64,000 bases of DNA from Geosiphon pyriformis uo1. Its lineage: Eukaryota; Fungi; Glomeromycota. The stretch covers positions 29,208 to 93,207 of the forward strand of contig JAAOMT010000521.1 in NCBI GenBank assembly GCA_016748015.1, given 5' to 3'. This document shows positions 13,363 through 24,300 of this stretch, in pieces (position 1 is the stretch's first letter; every line of letters starts with the position of its first letter). A program made the position numbers and the translations under genes. The notes under the pieces were generated by a model. The model had not been told where the DNA came from. It saw only the letters and a list, made by a program, of their open reading frames with translations, and did not search any database.

Positions 13363-14725
13363 GTGGCTATGGAACCAGTGGGTGTTGCTGCTGGTGGTTC
13401 TGGGTCTATTTCGGCTGGGTTGGGGACCCGGTCTGGTGTCAAAAATAAGCATTCGGTTGGTCCTCAATCTCGCGGTGCGTCTTATAAGAAGCCGAAGAAA
13501 CCTGTAGCGGTTGACGGTTTAGTTGAGTCGTCTGCTGGTGTTTCGAACATTATGGATGAAAGTGGTGACGGACCTATTATTGGGCAATCGTGGGCTTGCG
13601 AGGTCAACAGCGAAGTGGACAGCGTAAGTAGCATTTTGGACTTGGATAACTTGGAAAACGTCGTTGCTGAGAAAACTAGCTATACAGAGTCGGATGTTTC
13701 AGGTTTGGACGACGACATGAATGATGCCACGCCTAGGAAGACACGTACCTGCACCTATGTTCTGAACAGTAAGCCACCACCTTTCTCTTTCAACGTACTA
13801 AGCGATGGTGAAGATACTCTGCCTCTTCCGAGTCCAAAATTTTGTGGGTCCAATTGCCTTCCTCCAGTCGGGTCACGTGCTCCGGAAAAACGGAGTTTTA
13901 TTTCGTCAAAATCATTTGCATTGAATATTGAGCTATCTGCTGTTCCTGGCAAAACTACTGGTGATAAGTTGGTTTGTGTAAAAAAAATTTTTTATCAGGT
14001 TGATGGTTTTGGGGGGGCTTTAACTCCCTCAAAATTTCCTGGAATAATAAGATCATCATTTACATCTGAAAAAAGTTTGTTTAAGGCGAGGGAAATGGCA
14101 ATCAGTGAAAAAATATTGGTAAATGATGATCTAAGAAAAGTAAACAGCCATTCAGATTGGGAGGTAATCGTCAAAGAAATTTCAGTAGATCTTCCCAAAT
14201 CGGCACTTGAGACAATATTCTCCAAGTTTGGCAAGATTGTTTCAATTAAAGTGCAGCTGATTGGTCTTTGACAAAAAACTCTGGTGGAATATGAAACATC
14301 TGAGATGACTGATTTGGTTGCAGCTAGATGGTCTGTGCTCATGGGAAAGGATTCTGTCCGCGTGGCAAAAGCAAATGTTGATAAACAAATGTGGGTGTCG
14401 AGGGATCAGCATTGGGCTTTGCTATATACTCTTCTAGTTGGCACCAATGCTCATGATCTCTCCAATTTGTTGAAATCATATGGTGGGAAGACTTGTTATA
14501 TCGGCCATAACTCTAATTCATATGTTCATGATAGGTGTGCTGTAATTTGTTTTGGTAATGAGGCATCCAAGTTGGCTGCTATTGGTACCATTCCAGTTTT
14601 CAGAAATGTAAGTTTGCGTTGGGCTGGTCTTTCTTTGGCCAGTTGTGCTCATTGTAAACAATTCGGTCATGTTTCGGTCAACTGTTTCTTGGGTGAGTAT
14701 TCTGGTGTTCGAGGAAGAAGGGTGG
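13363..14725 (+). pseudogene. LINE-A ORF1, 5' part (RRM-like region + CCHC knuckle)
   Basis: ORFs 13363-14271 and 14284 onward are in one frame with a TGG->TGA stop. RRM-like EVIVKEISVDLPKSALETIFSKFGKIVSIKV and knuckle CAHCKQFGHVSVNC are present. The frame is cut by the LTR insertion. Confidence 0.9.
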
Positions 14726-15554
14726 TGTTACGGTTTAAGAATTTAGCAAAAAGAATCATAAAAATAATACAAACTATTCAATCATAATATAGCACAGTAA
14801 TAATCTTAGAAAGGTAATGATTAACATAGTAGCAAACATCATCTCGCGATAGTGGCAAGCACCAGTTCACAATAGCAGCCAACACCAACTGGTGATAGCA
14901 GCAAGCACTAGGTTGAAATATCAAAAAGAAAGTATTTTCTCGTAGAACTACAAACATATATATATACAGTAGTTTTAATATTGGGAAAGAATCAATCAAG
15001 TAATAAAAATCATAACTTATCAAATCATACTTTCAAATTAAATATCTCAAGAAACCTTTAAAAATCAAAAAGAAATGAAAAAGAATAATTAAAACGGAAC
15101 TATCACAACCCAAAGTATTAAGAAACTTACTTGTATTATTTATTGAATGAAACTATCATTCATCAACTGAATCCCTTGGAAGAATAATCCTTGATCAAGA
15201 TTATTCACGTTGTTACTAATTGATAAAAGCTTTATTGTGAGAATTAGAAAAGCACTAAAGACCATTAACATTCTGTGTTTCTAGATTAGAGAAACACATC
15301 AGGCAATTGCAAGGATAGCCTCAGAGAAGACCCCAAACAGTGGGTAGATTTCAGTTCAGCCTCTGAAAAGGAGTACATAAACACACACAACAATCAAGAA
15401 TTAAAGAATAACTTACATCACAACAGTAAAAAGAAAGCCTTCAGTGTAACAGTGACATTATCACACAAATAGAATTGAGGAACTCACGAAAGACTGATTG
15501 CAATTAAAGCAGGATATCAGCAATTAAATATAACAAGAGAACCATCCCGTAACA
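14726..15554 (+). repeat. 5' LTR of gypsy-2 (829 bp)
   Basis: Begins TGTTACGG and ends CCGTAACA (inverted termini). Direct repeat of 19986-20774. Confidence 0.97.
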
Positions 15555-15556
15555 TT

Positions 15557-15574
15557 TGGTGAACCCTACGAGGA
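15557..15574 (+). promoter_or_regulatory. Primer-binding site of gypsy-2 (TGGTGAACCCTACGAGGA)
   Basis: Lies 2 nt after the LTR and is complementary to a tRNA end ...GGGUUCACCA. It resembles tRNA-Trp ends; not verified. Confidence 0.8.
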
Positions 15575-15636
15575 AAGAAAATCAAAAAGAAAATAATAAT
15601 TAGCAATAATTCATTGCTAAAAAGGAAAAGACAAAA

Positions 15637-18600
15637 GTGGCAACAAAAACCCCTAATCTTACTGTTCTTGAATTCTGCCATGCTATTTACACACAAAATC
15701 AAAGTGATCTTGGATTACCAGAAGGGTGTTGTCCAGCAGAATCTGCCCTCACTTATTATATCAATGTCAGAATAAATTATCATATAGGAAAGGAAGAAGA
15801 ACCACATGACGCAAAACTTGGATTGTATAGAGAATTATCACAATACACTACAAAAGAAGTAGCAGTAATAGCCGCAACTATTGTCAAAATCCATCGAGAA
15901 ATTGAGCAATACGCCAACAAAAATTTTCCAATATCCACAGGAAACACTAGGGAACACGCCAACAAAACCAAAAAAAATTTAGAAATTAATCAGGAAAGTA
16001 ACCAGCAAAAACTAGGAACACCAGCTCAAACACCAAAGAAAACTGTCATTCAATCAATAAAAAAACAACGTATTTATTCACCAGAAGATAAATCATACCA
16101 TTTTTCACCAGAAAATAAGATACAAATTCCATTAGGAGCTGCATCATCATCAACATCAACTCCACAAACGCCAAAAACTCCTAGTTATATTGATAAAATT
16201 AAACAACGTAACTGGGGAGACATATCAATTACAGGAGGATATTCATCACTATTCTAAAACCCTCTTTTTCAGCCAAAATTTAGAACGGAGTTTGAAAACC
16301 GTGAAGAGGAGTCTGAATCAGAATCCGAAAAAGAGACCAGCGAAAAAACAATCACAAGACCAGTCACTGGAACAAGCAGCCAGTCCAGAAACCAAGAAAC
16401 TTGTGATCAAAAAGAAGAACCGGATATAAGGAAAGCCACCTTTAGGAACACTCAAGGAAATATCATCCCACCTCCTCTTAGACCAATAAACCCACCAGCA
16501 GAAAACGGCAACGAAATGACCACACCATACATTGCAAGACTAACAGATTTCTCAGGAGAGGAAGAAGAAACGGACGTGCACACATGGCTCAGAGAAGCAC
16601 AAAAAGCCATCCAGGCAAATAACTGGAACGACCAAAGAGCAATTCAAACATTACCTTTCTTCCTGAAAGGCACAGCCGACTCGTGGTATCAAAGCCTGGA
16701 AACAAAACTCACAAGCTTCGCCAAATTTAAAAATGCACTCCTGAAGTATTTTAGCAACCCAAATGCCGTAATCCAACTACAAAATGAATTCAATACTATC
16801 AAGCAAAATACTGGTGAAACTGTCACCCAATACCTTGCTCGATTCAATTGAATTTGCCGTCAGATTGAAGCGATTGAACAAGGATACTACACTGATCCTC
16901 AGGTTTTAAATCAGTTTATTAGAGGATTAAAAAGCAGCATTTTAGGAAGAGTATGCCCTGCCCACTCTAATTCCTTACCAGAAGCCGTTACGCTTGCCAG
17001 AGCCCTTGAATCAGCTGAGAAAGAAGCTAACCATAGTCAAATGGTTAACATGGTAATGGAGGAAAATAAGACAGAAACATTAGAGAAAAGAGTAACGTGA
17101 TTAGGGGAGGAACTTTCTAAAAAAATAGAAAGTTACCTCATTCTGGATCCAAGAAAAAATACATACCAACCACCCCAAAAACGCAGCCAGGAAGTCAGCG
17201 ACAGTCGAAATAATCGCTTGTCGTGCCAGGAATTCAGAACAGAAACACGCGCCTGCCATTTTTGCAAACGCGTAGAACATTTGATTAGTCAATGTCGAAT
17301 GCGAATGATGCAGGAAGCACGCGAAAATAATTACTACACGCCATCCCAAATGCCCAGAAACCAGTACACGCCAATATCACGCCAATATCCCACCACGTAT
17401 CAAAATCAAGAAGCTTACCAGCAACAGCCCATGATAGCCAATCTGAATTGGCGTCCCGAGGCCCGAAATCAGCCCATGTGGAACCAGAACGCGTTGGTCC
17501 AGAGGAATCCAAATCATGCTGGAACCAATCAGCAAACCAATCCAAACTACCAAAATTATCAACAAACTTACCTTAATATACCGGAAAACCTGATCATCGG
17601 AAACAATGATGGTAGAAACATAAACAGAACCAAGAATTCCTCCAAATTGAGCCAGACAATACCACCAGCAGTTGCCACCGAAGATAGCAGCCTCACAGCT
17701 ATTTTTCCTTTTGAATTAGAGGAAAACGAGGCTATGTTCAGTGGAGCAGCATTGGACGAAAAACGCCCAATCACTGCTATGTATACAGAAGCCACTGTAA
17801 ACAATACCCCAATCAAATTTATCTTAGACAGCGGATCCGCTGGAAGCATCATAACGCTTCAACTAGTAAACCAACTGGGTTTCAAAGTTGATCATGCCGT
17901 GACGTTCCAAATCATAACAGCTGATGGAAGTACAAAGCTGCCTTATGGCGAAATCGACTCATTCCCTTTCGAAATTAACAGCATAGTAATACCTACAAAA
18001 GTATTAGTAATGGACGCTACACAATATCAAGCGTTAGTAGGGAATGACTGGCTAACAAAAGCCAACGCCACCCTAGACTGGACCACCCAAGAGCTTCTGA
18101 TCAATTATAATGGCCACCAGGCCAAAATTCCAGCCACCTGTGGCCACTTCCAAAAATCCAGCGCCAACCAAAGACCTACCTTCGAATTCGAGGAAAATCC
18201 AGCACTACCAGCCATCGAAACCTATCAGCTCTCTTGGGCTGATGACCAAAAAACAGGACTACCAGCCGTACCAACATGGACCAGCAAAGAAAGATCCGAA
18301 TGGAACCAGGTAAGTTCATGAAGAAACCACCAGCGATGCAAACCAAAGCTAGAATGCTCAGTTTGCAAGAAGAAACTCTCGTCTATGACTGCGTGCAGCA
18401 CATCAGACGAAGACCCAAGAAACCCCACCCACTACTATTGTAACCATTGTAACAAAGAAAAATACGGTTACCCAGAAAAACATGGAAAATGGGACGAAGA
18501 ACCGTGCCTCGCTTGTGGAGAACCATTACCAAGAGGGTGCGATTGGAATGACTTACCAGGCAGAGGAGGAATGTGTGACGCAACTTGCCAATACACGATC

Positions 18601-19893
18601 TTCATCTGTGACTGGATAAGAAGAAGAATGCTGTTCGAAGCAGCGTTCAACAGAGCGTTAAAAAGACTACAGCACTACCCACATGACGAGGACGAGTTGT
18701 ACAACACCACACAAGCCAAAGTAAGAGGAGGAACCGCCGAAGAAATACGACGTTGGAAAGAGTCAGCCGAAGTAGCCGACGAAGTCGCCAGCTACAACAT
18801 GTTCGACCCAGTGGACGAATTCCAGGACTACTACCAACAACTATGTCCCACTTGACAAGAGCAAGAACAATACCTCGCCCAAATCAACACTTACCTCTGC
18901 AAAAACTGTCTCATCCCGTGCCAAAGTCAGTGCTGTGAAGAGTGTCAAGACGAAAGGGACTTAGAAAAAAAAATGGAAATTGAGAATCAGCAGTCTCAAA
19001 ATCAATCAATAAATCAACAAGACTCACCTGACAGTCCCGAGTCAGAAAAATTTGTAGCCTATACCGACCTAGAACAGGTGACCGACATCCGATACTTCGA
19101 CAACGGGCACTTAGGAATAATACCCGAAAGAGCCCATCCAACCGACGCCGGATTCGATCTACGTTATCCGGAAGACCAATCCACAACGTTACCACCCAGG
19201 AGCATCACCAAAATTGACCTAAAAATAGCGGTTGAAATTCCACCAGGAATAATGGTTCAAATGGCGTCGCAATCAAGCCTCGCGAAAAAAGGAATAAGCG
19301 TTCAAGGAGGAGTAATTGACTCCGGATACACTGGAAATTTGATGGTTTTGCTACAGAACAATTCAGAAAAGCCTTATACCATTGAATCTAAGGAAAAGAT
19401 TGCACAAGCAATTTTCTTACCATTGGTAAAAATTGGGAAATTTGTGCCAGTGGAAAATCGTGAGGAATTGTCACAAACAACGAGAGGAACTTTTGGTTTC
19501 GGATCGACAGGAAAAGGAATTGAAGCGAATTTCGCTGAAACAATAGAGGAAAAAGGCGAAGTAATTAAAAATGAGTGGTCCATCACGCTCCTACCATATG
19601 GAAAATCAGAAATAAGAATAAAAAGGACAATTAAAGAAAAAAACCTAATATTTGAGCCCTACCCAGAAACTTGCCAACAGTTTCTCATAGGACTTACTAA
19701 CCTTTTTATTCCAGCTGATAAAGCTCAATGGATAAAAATTTCTATCGCAAACACCACAGAAGAACCCGTCTACATTCCGGAAGATACCATTATTGGATAC
19801 CTCGGAACGGAGCTAGAAAACGCGTCAACACCACAAAAAATTCTAAATTTCCCAGAAATCGCCCTCTACTGTGAACTCACTTCAACAAATTAA
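15637..19893 (+). pseudogene. Single-frame Gag-protease-Cys-rich-dUTPase polyprotein of gypsy-2 (5 internal point stops, no frameshift)
   Basis: ORFs starting 15637, 16516, 17218, 18385 and 18973 all share one frame. Capsid-like FLKGTADSWY, knuckle CHFCKRVEHLISQC and protease LDSGSAGS are present. dUTPase motifs are DAGFDL, SQSSLAKKG, GVIDSGYTG, KIAQAI and RGTFGFGSTG. Confidence 0.93.
19105..19515 (+). CDS. dut: dUTPase domain within the gypsy-2 polyprotein
   Basis: All five trimeric-dUTPase motifs occur in order. The motif-2 Arg appears mutated (CGA->CAA). Confidence 0.92.
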
Positions 19894-19970
19894 TAACACA
19901 GTATTGAACCACTATAGTAACTTAGAATTTAATGAAGAAATTAACTTCGATTTCGACGGAGCTCAATCTT

Positions 19971-19985
19971 GAAAGGAGGGGATAA
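19971..19985 (+). promoter_or_regulatory. Polypurine tract of gypsy-2
   Basis: GAAAGGAGGGGATAA lies immediately before the 3' LTR TGTTAC. Confidence 0.88.
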
Positions 19986-20774
19986 TGTTACAGTTTAAGA
20001 ATTTAGCAAAAAGAATCATAAAAATAATACAAACTATTCAATCATAATATAGCACAGTAATAATCTTAGAAAGGTAATGATTAACATAGTAGCAAACACC
20101 ATCTCGCGATAGTGGCAAGCACCAGTTCACAATAGCAGCCAACACCAACTGGTGATAGCAGCAAGCACCAGGTTGAAATATCAAAAAGAAAGTATTTTCT
20201 TGTAGAACTACANNNNNNNNNNNNNNNNNNNNNNNNNNNNNNNNNNNNNNNNNNNNNNNNNNNNNNNNNNNNNNNNNNNNNNNNNNNNNNNNNNNNNNNN
20301 NNNNNNNNNNNNNNNNNNNNNNNNNNNNNNNNNNNNNNNNNNNNNNNNNNNNNNNNNNNNNNNNNNNNNNNNNNNNNNNNNNNNNNNNNNNNNNNNNNNN
20401 NNNNNNNNNNNNNNNNNNNNNNNNNNNNNNNNNNNNNNNNNNNNNNNNNNNNNNNNNNNNNNNNNNNNNNNNNNNNNNNNNNNNNNNNNNNNNNNNNNNN
20501 NNNNNNNNNNNNNNNNNNNNNNNNNNNNNNNNNNNNNNNNNNNNNNNNNNNNNNNNNNNGTGGGTAGATTTCAGTTCAGCCTCTGAGAAGGAGTACATAA
20601 ACACACACAACAATCAAGAATTAAAGAATAACTTACATCGCAACAGTAAAAAAAAAGCCTTCAGTGTAACAGTGACATTATCACACAAATAGAATTGAAG
20701 AACTCACGAAAGACTGATTGCAATTAAAGCGGGATATCAGCAATTAAATATAACAAGAGAACCATTCTGTAACA
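19986..20774 (+). repeat. 3' LTR of gypsy-2 (contains assembly gap 20213-20559)
   Basis: Both sequenced arms match the 5' LTR with 11 differences in ~442 bp. Confidence 0.96.
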
Positions 20775-20778
20775 GTGG

Positions 20779-21377
20779 TTTCTGAGCAGGATCGGGTTCG
20801 TCTAGCTGGGATATATAAGAGGAAGTTGGCCCCTGTCGCTCGTCCGGTTTCTTTTGGTGGAAAGACGTGGGCCTAAGTGGCAGGCCGTTCTCCTTCTCGT
20901 GTTGTCTCTTCGGGTGCTCCTGGTATCGGTTTGGTCTCTGGTTCGAAGGCTTTCTCAATGGATTCCTCCTCGTCTGGTGCTGCTGATCTAGGTGGTCGCC
21001 TAGCTGTGCTGGAACGCTCCGTAAATATTCTCGCAGACCAAGTCTCACTCATTTTAAAGAAATTAAGTTTCGTTGACTTGGTGCTTTTGGCGCTTTTTTC
21101 CTCAGCTCTTCCTTTGGTGTTTCCAACTGCCATTGTTTCAAATATAGACTCAGGTTTGGATTTGGATAGCATGTTGTTGTCATCTGCCTCTTCTTCTCCC
21201 AATGTTGGTGGGTCGGTTGTTGATTTCAGTCCGAGCAGTTCTAAGGTTTTGACTGCCAAGATTGGCAGTTTGGAGTCAAATATAATGGCTCTTGAGGCTT
21301 CAGTTCGTTCGGTCTTGAATAGATTGGATCATCTGCGTTCTGGATCGGGTTCATTGGCCTTTCCTCCATCTCAATGA
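20779..21377 (+). pseudogene. LINE-A ORF1, 3' part (two coiled-coil-like segments)
   Basis: Continues the ORF1 frame after the TSD: ARPVSFGGKTWA*, RLAVLERSVNILADQVSLILKKL, KIGSLESNIMALEASV, ending PSQ*. Confidence 0.9.
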
Positions 21378-24300
21378 GTAGTTTGGTTTGGAAATTTGCT
21401 ACATGCAACGTTTGGGGTATCAATGTTTCCGCGAAGCAAGCGGATGTTGTTCGTTGGCATGTGAGTTCAGGAAATATGGTTTCTTTTATTACTGAGACTA
21501 AGTTGAGGTCCTCTTCTGGGCTGTGGTTAAAGGATAAATTTGATGGTGTGCGAATATTTTCTTCTGGCTTGGATAAGGGTTTTATGAGTGCTGGGGTTGC
21601 AATTGTTATGAACACTTCTTTGGCCCGTCATGTATCTAAGGTGGAGGAGATTCCTGGTCGGGTTATTTCTGTTCGGCTTCTGTTTAAGGGCAAGCTCTCA
21701 GTTACTGTTTTGGAGTTGTATGCTGGTGTCTCCTCTGGGGCTAGATTTGGTCAGGCTTCTGATGTTAACACCCTCATTGCAAAGACAGTCAACTCCAGCA
21801 ATTTTGTTGTCTTGGGTGGAGACTTTAATGAGAATGAATCTGGTAGGAGTGCTAGTTTCAAGTTTTGTTTGAGTTTAGGTTTGGTCAATTCTTTTGTTGG
21901 TCATCATTTGGCTAATTCTTATACGTGGGGCAATTCGAGAGGGGTTGGGAAAACAATTGATTACATTTTTGTTGGTGGTAATTTGGCTACTGCTGTTGCT
22001 GGCCATCAAGTTGTCTCTGTTTCAGATTTCTTTGACACCGATCACATGGCTGTTGTAATTTTAGTCAGTTTGGGTGGGCTTCTAGATATACAATTGAACA
22101 GTTTGCGTAAGCAGGTGAATAAGGATCATTGGAAGTTCAAAATCAAGAATGCTGACTGTGTTGGATGGGCTAAGTTTAAGGATCTCTCATCAGCTAAACT
22201 TTTGTCCTTGGGTGAAGTGTTCTCTGGTGCCGAAATACGTGGTAATGTGGATGCTATGTGGGCAGTTTTGGTGGGAGCTGTGGTGGATTCTGCTGATGTG
22301 ACATTTTTGAGGCATTGGTTTAGTGAGTTCAAGTGTTCGAGAAACAAACATTCTTCTAGGTTTTTTGGTCTGGAATTGTTGGTGGCCAAGATTGTCAAGA
22401 AATTTTGTTCTGGTGACTTGCTGGGCGCTGATCGTCTTGTGAGTAAATGGTCGACTCTGGATGACGCGAAGGCTTGTGCTTTCAAGGTCTTGGTTGGCTC
22501 GGGTGTTAAGTCTGATGTTGTTGTTAGACATTTGTCATTGGTTTGCAGAGATTACAGGAGGTCGAAGATGTTTAAGTCAAGGTTGGCTGAGGAAGCTTTG
22601 GTTAGGAAGGCAATTAAGAAGCGCATGGATAATTTCTGTTCGGATAAGGGTAGTATGATCAGGAGTGTGTTGGAAAAGCCTTTTCGCAAGGTCGTGTTGG
22701 ATCACCTAATAGTTGATGATGATCTGGTTTTGTTGCCTGAAGAGGTGAAGTCCAGTATGGATAGAATAATGAAGGGGTGGATGAGGAAACGCTCTGTACA
22801 GTCGGTGCTTCCTGGTCTTTGGGCTCGTCAGTATGCACCTTTGGACCATGTTCGGGATGATGCTTTTTCGGGTGTTATGAGTACAATCAGTATGGGCAAG
22901 TTACTTTCTGTTGTTGGTGGTCTTCCTGATGGCAAGGCTGCTGGTTTGTCTGGTGTTTCTAATGAGTTATGGAAACATGGTGGTGAGGTGGTTTTGGGGT
23001 GCCTGTTGGCGCTGTTTAATAAATGTTTGTCTGATGGTGTGGTGCCTGTTTTGTGGAAGAGGGCTTGGGTGTCAATGATTCCTAAGCCTTATGACTGGGA
23101 TGGAGTTCTTATGAACATTCAGCCCATTGCTTTGATTGAGACTGCCAGGAAGATTCTTTCCAAGATTCTGTCTGACTGTATTTCAATGGCTTGTAACAAG
23201 TTCAATGTTCTTCAGAGTGACAACTTTTCGGTGCTGAAGGGTACGTCAACACAATCTCCAGTGTTCGCTGTCGGTTCGGTAATTGAGAATGCTATTGAGA
23301 AGGATAGGGAGTTGTGGTTGGTCTTGCAAGATATGTGGAAAGCTTACGATTCAGTTGGGTGGTATCATTTAAGAGCTAGTTTGTGGCGTGTCAAGATGTG
23401 TGAAAGGTTCATAAGGTTTTTTGGTGGTATTCATGAGGATAGAGTTAATAGGGTGATGACTGACTTTGGTTTGTCTGGTGGTTATAAGGTGCATGATGGG
23501 CTGGACCAGGGTGAGGTCTTTTCACCGCTTCTTTAGAGAATTTTTTATGATCCGCTTTTGTGTGAGGTTAAGAGGCATGAACAATTGTGTGGGTACCGGA
23601 TTGATACTAAGTTTGTTTCCAAATCTGGCAGAATTGAGGGCGGTGGTGGTTTGACATCGTATTTTACAGCTGGCGCGTTTGTCGATGATATGATCTGGGT
23701 TGGAAATTGTCAGGCTTCTACTCAATATGCTTTGAACATTGCCAGTGAATTTTTTGTGCTTAATGATATTTCTATCAATAGTGAGAAGACGGTAGCTATT
23801 CCCATCAATCGGGGCGTTAAAGTTGCTTCACTGAACATTTGTGGTCAGCCAATTTCTATTGCCAAAAAAGGGGAAGCACATCGATATCTGGGTATTTTTC
23901 TGTCGACTGAAGGGCTCTCCAAGCCGAGTGTTGCCAAGGCTCATGCAGATGTACATTTCTTCGTCAATGTTGTGCTTAGGAAGGCTATTACAGACAAACA
24001 ATTCTTCTATCTGGTGTCGGCTGTTTTGCAGCCTATTGTTGGCTATCATACTCAGTTCAGTTTTGTCTCATCTAATGTTTGCCGCAAGTGAGATGCCTTG
24101 GTTAGAAAGGGTCTTAGGTTCAAGGCTTGTCTCCCCCGCGATTTTCCTGATGCTGCTTTGCATCATCCCTCATTGTATGGCTTAAAGCCTTTTGAGCAGG
24201 TGCAGTCAGAAGGGAAAGTTGCTGCTTTGATGACATTCTCTAATGCCTCTGGCATTCTTGGGCGCTTGTTTAGACATAGGTTTTTGGACCTACAGGTTCT

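Larger units (their letters stand above)
14726..20774 (+). mobile_element. Ty3/gypsy-type LTR element (gypsy-2) lacking RT/RNase H/integrase, with 4-bp TSD GTGG
   Basis: Paired TG...CA LTRs, PBS and PPT are present, with GTGG at 14722-14725 and 20775-20778. Removing the element restores LINE ORF1 ...RGRRVVSEQDRVRLAGIYK..., matching the uninterrupted copy near 31700-31760. Confidence 0.97.

Noticed and set aside
14726-14787. C-terminus LRFKNLAKRIIKIIQTIQS of ORF 14284-14787 as part of ORF1
   Set aside because: It is read-through into the inserted LTR; true ORF1 resumes at 20779.
20038-20613. ORFs spanning N runs (also the overlapping X-filled ORFs at 63021-63373)
   Set aside because: They are artefacts of assembly gaps. 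The first gap should correspond to 5' LTR bases 14953-15339.
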